Assembly (NCBI RefSeq): GCF_002310835.1
Contig: NZ_CP011041.1
Location: 1,950,001-1,982,000 of the forward strand
Length of the DNA stretch: 32,000 nt
Direction: 5' to 3'
DNA from: Pseudoalteromonas tetraodonis
Lineage (GTDB): Bacteria > Pseudomonadota > Gammaproteobacteria > Enterobacterales > Alteromonadaceae
Made by a program: the position numbers and the translations under genes. How positions within the stretch are numbered: the stretch's first letter is position 1; every line of letters begins with the position of its first letter. A model generated the notes under the pieces. It ran no database searches, was not told the DNA's origin, and was given only the letters and a program-made list of their open reading frames with translations. Below are positions 7,846-15,484 of this stretch, in pieces.

Positions 7846-10634
7846 AAAACTTATACGGACTGAGTAAACTCGCCCTACTTAATACTGCAGGCTATGCAAA
7901 GTGTGTGATCCCACTTGATAAAAGTAGCTCGATTTGTGCGCCTAACAACACAGGTAAAAGCTCAGTTATTAATGCACTGCAATTTCCGCTAATTAACGAT
8001 TTACGCCTTACCGAGTGGGATGGCCACGATTTAGATGAAACCCGTAAGTTTTATTTTTCATCAGATCAATCGTACATTTTATTGCAAGCCGATTTACCCC
8101 ATGGCTCAGTTGTCATTGGCGTAGCAGGCTTAGGTAAAATTGCCGGTTATGCACACCAATACTTTTGCTATCAAGGCAAACTTGATTTAGCCCAGTACAC
8201 CCAAGGCAATACCATTATTAAGTTTACCAAGCTGTTTAATCACTTAAAGCAGCAAGGTTACAACCCGATAGAGCTTAAAGCGCAAGAGTTAAACGCCCTA
8301 CTTACTGGCGGTGCAACGCAATTTGATGGTGAGATCAATTTAAAAATGATCCCCCTTAACAACGTTCAAGACTCTGCAATATACAAAGAAATATTTCGTC
8401 GTATTCTTAATTTACATAAATTAGGCGCAAACGACGTTAAGCGCTTTATGTTACGTGTGTTTGAACGCCACATGTCAAATTCAAAGGTCGACTTTTACGA
8501 AGTATGGCGCCGGTCGTTTGATAAAGTAAACCGCGCAAAACGTGAATTAAAAGCCCTTGAGTCAATGCAAGAGCCCATAGCCGCCCTTGAATCTATGCTT
8601 GAAAACCAAACCGTTCTTAAAGGTAAACTGGCTGCTTATGCACCAAAAATTGACCAAGCACTGATTGATTTTGATACGTATCAGGAAGAGCAACTAAGCG
8701 AACTCAACATCGCTCTTGAAGATATTGAGCACGAAAAACACGAGTTTGAACAAAAACAAAGCCTATACGTTCAACAATCACGCGATATAGAGCGCAAACA
8801 AACCCAAATTGAACAGTGGTTTTTAGATTACAACGCCCTTAAAAGTGAATTTGAGCTAGTTAATAAAGCCACGCTCAAAACCAGCTTAACGCAGTTAAAA
8901 AATGACTACGAGTCGTTGTCACACTCAATAACGAGTGCACAAGGTCAAAGCCTGCACACCCTTGATTACCGCATTGGCGAAACACAAAAACAAATTAAAA
9001 GCTTAAAGTTACAACTTAAAAACTTAGAATTTAATTTATTCACTCGAATGCGTGAAGACTTATCACTGAAAGAAGTTGAAGAAATATCGCGACTATTAAA
9101 CCCCGATCTTCTCTCCTTTGCTACCACCAGCAATGGCGATATCACCATTGATGATGACGACGCTTTCGGGGAATTTTTAGCACAGCTCAGCGAAAACGTA
9201 AAAGGCGGTGTACTCACCCTGCCCGGTGCCAGTATTAAACTTAAAAAACTCTCGCCTGTGCAAATGCAAAGCGGCGAAAACAAAGAGCAACTGAGTGCTC
9301 AATTAACCGCACTTGAGCAATCATTAAAAGAGTTTAAACAACAGCGTGAAGTGGCCGCCAATGTTGCAGATAAGCAAAAAGAAAAAGACGCGCTATACGA
9401 TGAGCTTATGAGTGCTGAAAGTGCACTTAAACGCTTAGAGCAATTTGAAGTGATGCAACAATCGGTTGACGCCCAAGCAATGCTAAAAGAGCAGCTTTTA
9501 GCCGAACGCGAACAAGTTGACGACTACCTGCAAGATATTCAAAAAAACAGTGGCTCAATTGCTGATAGACGCTCGTTAATTAAATCAAAACAAGCGCAAA
9601 TTAATCGTCAAACAGAGCGCTTACGCCAAGTTAAAACCGAGCGTATTGACCACACGTTAGATTTATACAGTGGTAAAGTAACGCCTTACATGATTGATAT
9701 AAAAATCGATTTTGATAATTTAAGCGATTTAATTCACCACTTTAATAAAGACTGCCAAGAGCTACGTAATTTCGATATAAATGTACGTAATACTTATATG
9801 CATATTTACAATGCAGGTATTACCAAGTTCGATAACGAAAACGATGAGTTTAGTAAATACCAAAAACTTATTAGCGCGTTTCATAATATTGATAACGAGC
9901 GTGATGCTGTTGAGCGCCAAGGTCGCGTTGCTCTCACCGAAGTGGCCGCCACGATTAAAGGCTTACGTGAAGATTTAGACCGCTTACGCCGTGAAATGAA
10001 TAGCTTTAATAAAGGCATAAGCCAGCATCGTATTTCAAACCTGCAAGCGTTTAAAATTAATATTATCCCGCGCAAAATGTTGGTAGATAGCATTGATACT
10101 ATTATCAGTACCTCTAACCAAATTGAACAAGGCGACACCCTGGATTTACTCAGCCAAGAGCCGTACAGCGAAAGTGCGGTAAACGACGCAAAAGATCATT
10201 TAATTAAACTCGCCTCAGACAAAGCAGGCCTGACCCTTACCGATTTATTTGATATTCGTTTTGAAGTGGTTAACCGCGCGGGCGAAACCGAGCACTTTGA
10301 AAAAATAGATTCGGCTGGTTCAAATGGTACGCGTATCACCATTAAGCTGTTATGTGGCATGTTGTTTATTCGTTACTTATTAAGCGATCAGGAACAAAAC
10401 TTATACCGTATACCTATTTACATAGATGAAGCGGCTGATATCGACCCGCAAAACCAAAAAGCAATTATTGAAACCGCCTTGAGCTTTGGCTTTGTGCCAA
10501 TATTTGCCTCAGTTAAACCGCAAATAAGTTGTGATTATATTGTGCCAATTCGTTCAGTAAAAGACGGCGCACAAAACTGGGTAGATGAAAAAGATTGGAT
10601 TGAGGTTGAACATAAAGCCTCTCTACTGGACTAA
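7842..10634 (+). CDS. MukB/MksB/JetC-like SMC-family ATPase
   Basis: 930 aa. The N-terminal LSKLALLNTAGYAKCVIPLDKSSSICAPNNTGKSSVINALQFPLINDL aligns with E. coli MukB [49 protein letters not shown] (Walker A). The C-terminal DSAGSNGTRITIKLLCGMLF...RIPIYIDEAADIDPQNQKAII...FVPIFASVKPQIS aligns with MukB [20 protein letters not shown]...[20 protein letters not shown]...MQLIIAAPENIS (signature-like motif, Walker B DE, D-loop). About 550 aa of heptad-rich E/K/Q/L sequence lie between the heads, with a non-coiled insert near aa 410-485. Confidence 0.85.
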   Translation: MKNLYGLSKLALLNTAGYAKCVIPLDKSSSICAPNNTGKSSVINALQFPLINDLRLTEWDGHDLDETRKFYFSSDQSYILLQADLPHGSVVIGVAGLGKIAGYAHQYFCYQGKLDLAQYTQGNTIIKFTKLFNHLKQQGYNPIELKAQELNALLTGGATQFDGEINLKMIPLNNVQDSAIYKEIFRRILNLHKLGANDVKRFMLRVFERHMSNSKVDFYEVWRRSFDKVNRAKRELKALESMQEPIAALESMLENQTVLKGKLAAYAPKIDQALIDFDTYQEEQLSELNIALEDIEHEKHEFEQKQSLYVQQSRDIERKQTQIEQWFLDYNALKSEFELVNKATLKTSLTQLKNDYESLSHSITSAQGQSLHTLDYRIGETQKQIKSLKLQLKNLEFNLFTRMREDLSLKEVEEISRLLNPDLLSFATTSNGDITIDDDDAFGEFLAQLSENVKGGVLTLPGASIKLKKLSPVQMQSGENKEQLSAQLTALEQSLKEFKQQREVAANVADKQKEKDALYDELMSAESALKRLEQFEVMQQSVDAQAMLKEQLLAEREQVDDYLQDIQKNSGSIADRRSLIKSKQAQINRQTERLRQVKTERIDHTLDLYSGKVTPYMIDIKIDFDNLSDLIHHFNKDCQELRNFDINVRNTYMHIYNAGITKFDNENDEFSKYQKLISAFHNIDNERDAVERQGRVALTEVAATIKGLREDLDRLRREMNSFNKGISQHRISNLQAFKINIIPRKMLVDSIDTIISTSNQIEQGDTLDLLSQEPYSESAVNDAKDHLIKLASDKAGLTLTDLFDIRFEVVNRAGETEHFEKIDSAGSNGTRITIKLLCGMLFIRYLLSDQEQNLYRIPIYIDEAADIDPQNQKAIIETALSFGFVPIFASVKPQISCDYIVPIRSVKDGAQNWVDEKDWIEVEHKASLLD

Positions 10635-10738
10635 GAGTTAATTGGCTATTCATCTTAGCCAGTTACACTTATTTTTAGATTTTAAATTACCCTCGCCCAT
10701 GGTAGTTTAAACAAACGCACTTTATTGGAGCAAACGGT

Positions 10739-11290
10739 ATGAAACATATATTTATTGTCGCAGCACTGGCGCTACTTACCGCCTGTACACAAACGCCCGA
10801 TTGGGATTACGATAAATCAGCAAACTTTAGTAACTACAAAACGTTTGCTTGGGTAGAAAACGCGAGCCTAACTAAAGACACGAATAACTACCAAATCAGT
10901 GGCCTTATGGAAAAACGCGTTCGCAATGCGGTAAACAACCAACTAAGCCAACAATTAGGTATGCAATTGGTTGACGTAGCGCAAGCTGATGTACTTGTTA
11001 ACTACCATGCAAGTGTAGATAAAGAGCTTGAAGTTGATAGCTTTAACGTAGGCTACGGTGCACGTTGGGGTTACTGGGACACAGGCTTTAACCACGATGT
11101 AAGCGCACGCGAATATGAAGTAGGCACGTTAGTTATCGATATTATTAATCGTGAGTCAAACCAATTAATTTGGCGTGGTGCTAAAGATGGCCGTTTAAAG
11201 AAAAAACAAACACCATCACAACGTGAAGCCGCTATTAAAGAAACGGTTGCCAATATTTTAAGCAACTTTCCGCCTAAAGTGCAGCAATAA
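10739..11290 (+). CDS. Lipoprotein, DUF4136-like
   Basis: The signal peptide has the lipobox LLTAC. It is 183 aa, and its size and pattern (ADVLVNYH..., LVIDIINRESNQLIWRG) are typical of DUF4136 outer-membrane lipoproteins. A GGAG Shine-Dalgarno lies 9 nt upstream. Confidence 0.7.
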   Translation: MKHIFIVAALALLTACTQTPDWDYDKSANFSNYKTFAWVENASLTKDTNNYQISGLMEKRVRNAVNNQLSQQLGMQLVDVAQADVLVNYHASVDKELEVDSFNVGYGARWGYWDTGFNHDVSAREYEVGTLVIDIINRESNQLIWRGAKDGRLKKKQTPSQREAAIKETVANILSNFPPKVQQ

Positions 11291-11307
11291 ACTTTAATTA
11301 ATATTTG

Positions 11308-11335
11308 AAAGCCCGCATGTTTGCGGGCTTTTTTG
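11308..11335 (+). terminator. Rho-independent terminator after the DUF4136 gene
   Basis: aaagcccgca-tgtt-tgcgggcttt followed by a T-run. Confidence 0.85.
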
Positions 11336-11354
11336 TGAGAAAAGGAATTTTTCG

Positions 11355-12167
11355 GTGACATTTAAAAAGCTCCTAACCCTTAGCTTATTTTTACCCCTGC
11401 TTTGTGCGTTCCATGCGTACGGCACTCAACTACAGTTAAAGCCTGGTATATGGCAAGGAATTTATAAAGATCATTTTGAGTACAATGTACTGGAAATTAA
11501 AGAAAACGGAGAACACCGTTTAATAATAGCAAGTATCGCCAATGCATTTTATAGAAATAAATCAATTGCGTTTAGCAATAATGATATCAAATGCAGTCGC
11601 ATTAATTGCACTATCAAACTTGTTAGCCCTAATAAAGAACATCTGCAATTCACATTGATTTTAAGCCCCTTTTTAGATAATTCATTCGAGGTGTTAGAAA
11701 TTTATTCTAATGCAGACGATAATTTTGTAATGTCAAAAACGTACCGATTGGAAGAACAAAAAGGGCAATCTACCGTTCGTACATTTATAGGTAAATACCG
11801 CTCTAAAATAGATGAGTTAGCTGCTATAGAAAAGACGGGCCTACATGGTTTTTGGGTAGGATTATTAAATTTAGACGGCAAGCAAGAACTAGCAAGTATT
11901 GAATTTCACCCCAATAAAAAGTCGTATTTCAATTATTTTACAAATGGGACCAATGACATAATTAGCACCTCTTTTATGCCACAAGATATTCAAGAAAAAG
12001 AGAGGATATTGGAAATAACCACCAGCCATCCACTTTTCGCAAATAAGCTAATTATTCATAAAGACAACCGAGAACTTAAAGGCTATATGTACTCAAACCA
12101 CAAAGGCACAACACTTCAAACTGGCTCGTTCAAATTATATCGTTTTGAAAGGCCTGAGTACCCTTAA
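11355..12167 (+). CDS. Hypothetical secreted protein (no recognisable family)
   Basis: GTG start with AAAGGAA 7 nt upstream. It has a clear signal peptide (MTFKKLLTLSLFLPLLCAFHAYG/TQ). I recognise no motifs. It is much more AT-rich than its neighbours. Confidence 0.6.
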   Translation: MTFKKLLTLSLFLPLLCAFHAYGTQLQLKPGIWQGIYKDHFEYNVLEIKENGEHRLIIASIANAFYRNKSIAFSNNDIKCSRINCTIKLVSPNKEHLQFTLILSPFLDNSFEVLEIYSNADDNFVMSKTYRLEEQKGQSTVRTFIGKYRSKIDELAAIEKTGLHGFWVGLLNLDGKQELASIEFHPNKKSYFNYFTNGTNDIISTSFMPQDIQEKERILEITTSHPLFANKLIIHKDNRELKGYMYSNHKGTTLQTGSFKLYRFERPEYP

Positions 12168-12172
12168 AGCTA

Positions 12173-12679
12173 TCACGATTTATACTTGTGCAATAAATCA
12201 ATTGGGATATGGCAATAATCATCAGGGTGATTGGTTAAACGGTCTTGATGCTCGGGATCGCTAGGGACATAATTAGTCAATGGCGCTACTTGTACCGCTA
12301 TTTTTTCAGCATCATCACGCTGGCTAATATAGTCTCTGGCGATGTTTAAATGATTACTGTCTTGGCTAAAAATGGCGGTGCGGTATTTTTCCCCTACATC
12401 GTCACCTTGTTTATTGATACTGTATGGGTCAATAATCTCAAAAAAATAGCCGATTAATTCATTTAAGGTCACTTCTTGGCTATCAAAGGTTACTTTCACG
12501 CATTCGGCATAGCCATCGTATTCACCTTGTGTTGTGTTACTAGTGCCATTGGCACGCCCCGCCTCAGTAGTCACTACTCCAGGTAAATACTTCATAAATT
12601 CTTGCACGCCCCATAAGCAACCACCAGCAAAATAAAGTGTGTGCTGATTTAATGAATGACTCGATTGTTGTGTTTGCAT
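12173..12679 (-). CDS. msrA: Peptide-methionine (S)-S-oxide reductase
   Basis: FAGGCLWGVQEF corresponds to the catalytic GCFWG motif of MsrA. The 168-aa length fits, and there are further matches (YRTAIF, DPEHQ). Confidence 0.85.
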   Translation of the reverse strand: MQTQQSSHSLNQHTLYFAGGCLWGVQEFMKYLPGVVTTEAGRANGTSNTTQGEYDGYAECVKVTFDSQEVTLNELIGYFFEIIDPYSINKQGDDVGEKYRTAIFSQDSNHLNIARDYISQRDDAEKIAVQVAPLTNYVPSDPEHQDRLTNHPDDYCHIPIDLLHKYKS

Positions 12680-12881
12680 AATAAAGTGACCAATGTAAAT
12701 AATTTATAGGATGCAGAGTTACTATTTTGTAACGCTAGGTTTGATTATCAAATGCAGTTTTTTATCATTAATGTACAATAGCGCCCAAAATCACCCTAGC
12801 TTAGTGAGCTTACCTTATCATGTGATAAAAAATGATAGGTATTTAATTGTTAGCGCCATTGCATAAAATGAGAATAATGAC

Positions 12882-14735
12882 ATGAATCGTGCCCCGCACC
12901 TTATTATACCGGCTTTACTAGCCAGTATTTCGACTGTTGCTTATGCAGAACAGAGTAAAGAAACAGCAACCATAGAACAAATAACAATTGAAGCGTCTCC
13001 CACTGCCAATACCTTACCCGTTGGTACATTTGATTCACCTATTTCAAATTTAGAATACGACCCGCGTGTTGACTTGCAATCACGCAATATGGCTGAAGCA
13101 CAAGCTGATGTAACGATACGCGGGGGTATTTTTGAAAATACCGGCTTTAGAGTCGGCAGTGCAACTCTACTAGACCCGCAGTCTGGTCACTACTTTGCAG
13201 AAATTCCTATTGCACCACAAATGCTAACAGGTGCTAGCGTATTAACCGGAGCCGATAACGCACTTTATGGCATGAATAGCTCTGTGGGTACTGTGTCGTT
13301 TGCTTGGAAACCAATAACAACCGGTGGCAGTGTCTCTTTGGGCGCAGGCTCAAATAACTTTAACTTACAAACAATTCATGCAGGTGTGAGTTCTCCACTT
13401 GAAGCAAACGCTAATTGGCGTATTGGTTTTGAAGGTGAATATTCGCACTCACAAAGCGATGGTTCGATTGATTTTGGCGATCATGACTTTACTCGTACCT
13501 CAGGTAGAGTGCAGTTAACCGGGAGCGATTCACAAACTGATTTATTTTACGGCTTACAAGAAAAGTTTTTTGGTTGGCCAAACCTTTATACCCCCTTTGG
13601 TGTAAATGAAACCGAAGACTTAGAAACGCAACTGTTAATGCTTAACCATAAGCAAGCTTATGCAATAAATAGTGAATTTGAAGTATCGGCTTATTACCGC
13701 AAGCATAACGACCATTATGTTTATTCAAGAGAGAACCCAAGCGCGTTCCAAGCATTTCATGAAACACAAGTAACATCACTGGCTGTTTCAGGTCGCCATG
13801 CGCAAACAAAGTCAGTTGCGGTTAATTACTCGGCGCAATATATAGGAGACAGTATTGACTCCACCACCCTTGAAAATAACTTTACTTCACGTAACTACTT
13901 TAAGCTTAGTGTATTACCAGAATACACAACAGCACTAGCAAGCAACCAGCAACTAACGGTGCGTTTAGGGGCTGCATTTGATAACACCAGTCGTGATGAT
14001 TCCGAGCTATCGCTAATTGGGGATGTTAGTTTAAATACCCATAATAACGATGGCACTGAGCGAACATTGTATTTGTCGTATGCTGAGGCAAACCAAGTAG
14101 CCGGTTATACTGCTATTGGTGGCAGTGAATCAGGTGGTTTGTTTAGAAGTAACGCTAATCTTGAGCGCGAAACCACTAAAAATTTAGAGCTGGGCTTATT
14201 GCTTGAGCAACAAAGCTGGCAGCTTAATTCCGCACTTTTTTATCGTAAAGATAACAACCTAACCGATTGGACATTTAGCTTTGATTCAAGCTCAGCGCGA
14301 TTTGCGCAGCCGGTTGATATTGACACCACAGGCCTTGAGTTTTTAGCCACTAAACAATTTAATAATACAGAAATTGTTGCCAGCTATACCTACTTACATA
14401 AAACAGAAACCTATGGCGCTGAAAATGTTGATGCTAGCTTTTATGCCTTAAATTATCCTGATCATCGTGTAACGCTCGGTGCAATTTGGAACCCGACGGA
14501 TATGTTAGAGTTTCGAGTAGATAATGAGTGGCGTAAACAGCATAACAATGCGCTGCGCCGTTCAGATGACGAGGCACTATTTACTCAGCTGACGTTAAAA
14601 ATAACCCCGGCTACACTGCAAAATTTCTTTATTACTTTAGCTGCGGATAATTTGTGGGATGAATCGTTTGAAGAAATCCCAGGCACGCCAGGTCGCGGTG
14701 AGCAATATACGCTAAGCGCAACGTATAGCTGGTAA
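12882..14735 (+). CDS. TonB-dependent outer-membrane receptor (substrate unknown)
   Basis: Signal peptide ...STVAYA/EQ, a TonB-box-like IEQITIEAS, a plug region (DVTIRGG...), a long beta-rich barrel and a C-terminal aromatic residue (...TYSW). At 617 aa it is BtuB-sized. Confidence 0.85.
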   Translation: MNRAPHLIIPALLASISTVAYAEQSKETATIEQITIEASPTANTLPVGTFDSPISNLEYDPRVDLQSRNMAEAQADVTIRGGIFENTGFRVGSATLLDPQSGHYFAEIPIAPQMLTGASVLTGADNALYGMNSSVGTVSFAWKPITTGGSVSLGAGSNNFNLQTIHAGVSSPLEANANWRIGFEGEYSHSQSDGSIDFGDHDFTRTSGRVQLTGSDSQTDLFYGLQEKFFGWPNLYTPFGVNETEDLETQLLMLNHKQAYAINSEFEVSAYYRKHNDHYVYSRENPSAFQAFHETQVTSLAVSGRHAQTKSVAVNYSAQYIGDSIDSTTLENNFTSRNYFKLSVLPEYTTALASNQQLTVRLGAAFDNTSRDDSELSLIGDVSLNTHNNDGTERTLYLSYAEANQVAGYTAIGGSESGGLFRSNANLERETTKNLELGLLLEQQSWQLNSALFYRKDNNLTDWTFSFDSSSARFAQPVDIDTTGLEFLATKQFNNTEIVASYTYLHKTETYGAENVDASFYALNYPDHRVTLGAIWNPTDMLEFRVDNEWRKQHNNALRRSDDEALFTQLTLKITPATLQNFFITLAADNLWDESFEEIPGTPGRGEQYTLSATYSW

Positions 14736-14741
14736 CAATTT

Positions 14742-14780
14742 AGCTCGGCGAGGGTGTATCCCACGCTGAGCTTGTTTTTT
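14742..14780 (+). terminator. Rho-independent terminator of the TonB-dependent receptor gene
   Basis: agctcggcg...cgctgagct stem followed by tgtttttt. Confidence 0.7.
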
Positions 14781-15064
14781 AAATTGAAATAATAAACAGA
14801 CTAGTAACAAGCTGACTTAAAAATTTCATACCGCAATTCGCTCTACTTTACGTGCCCTAAAAGCGCAGCGCCTCTTCGCCCTCTTTGTGCATTTATCATT
14901 AAAAACGGTATGAACAAAGAGAATTGAATGAGAAAAAACACTAGCGACAATGCTAAGTGGATACGTAATTGAACTCTCTCAGTACTACTTTTAGAAACAC
15001 AAAGTAAGTGTCTACACTTTTCAGGCGTATAAATTGTAAATATATGTGTATTTAATACAATAAA

Positions 15065-15328
15065 TTAGGTTAATTGCTCTAATTCTGTAATTAACGTCAA
15101 TGCGTGTTCATTAGTCGTCCCACAAACATCTAAAGTGGCGCTAAAATCACTACACACTTTAGGGCGCGACTCATCACCAAATAGCTTACATAAATTACGC
15201 TCATCCAGCTGAATACAACGTTCTCCGGCCTTTTTACCATTTGGCATACCCGGTATTGGCGAGCTAATACTTGGTGCAATACAACATGCTCCACAGCCTA
15301 AACGGCACGCCATTGATTGTGTTTTCAT
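15065..15328 (-). CDS. YkgJ-family cysteine-cluster (putative Zn/Fe-chelating, PF03692-like) protein
   Basis: CRLGCGACC followed by further Cys residues (ERCIQL, NLCKLF, KVCSDF) fits the CxxCxxCC family. The start at ATG 15328 (MKTQSM) has a GAGG 5 nt upstream. The track start at 15352 has no Shine-Dalgarno. Confidence 0.65.
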   Translation of the reverse strand: MKTQSMACRLGCGACCIAPSISSPIPGMPNGKKAGERCIQLDERNLCKLFGDESRPKVCSDFSATLDVCGTTNEHALTLITELEQLT

Positions 15329-15484
15329 TATAACCTCAGTAATAAATTTCAATTATATTGTTGCTGCTTTGCATACAAACAGAGCGATTTGTTCTATTTG
15401 TAACCGTATTATGCAATGACTTGTTACATCTTCAAACACACTGTAAACACTTTATTGCGTATCATTAGTTCATCAGCACAATTT

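Noticed and set aside
6199-10138. Minus- and plus-strand short ORFs inside the Mks-like genes (6199-6489, 8966-9283, 9781-9978, 9881-10138)
   Set aside because: They are shadows of long coiled-coil coding sequence, with no independent support.
10635-12167. Search for a JetD/MksG-like fourth gene downstream of the SMC gene
   Set aside because: The two downstream ORFs are a lipobox lipoprotein (DUF4136-like) and a signal-peptide protein. Neither shows Toprim-like acidic motifs or the expected ~400-aa cytoplasmic architecture.
12680-12881. Cobalamin riboswitch upstream of the BtuB-sized TonB-dependent receptor
   Set aside because: I could not find a B12-box-like sequence (rAGYCMGgAgaCCkGCc) or the GC-rich helices of that class. 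The region is AT-rich and only ~200 nt long.
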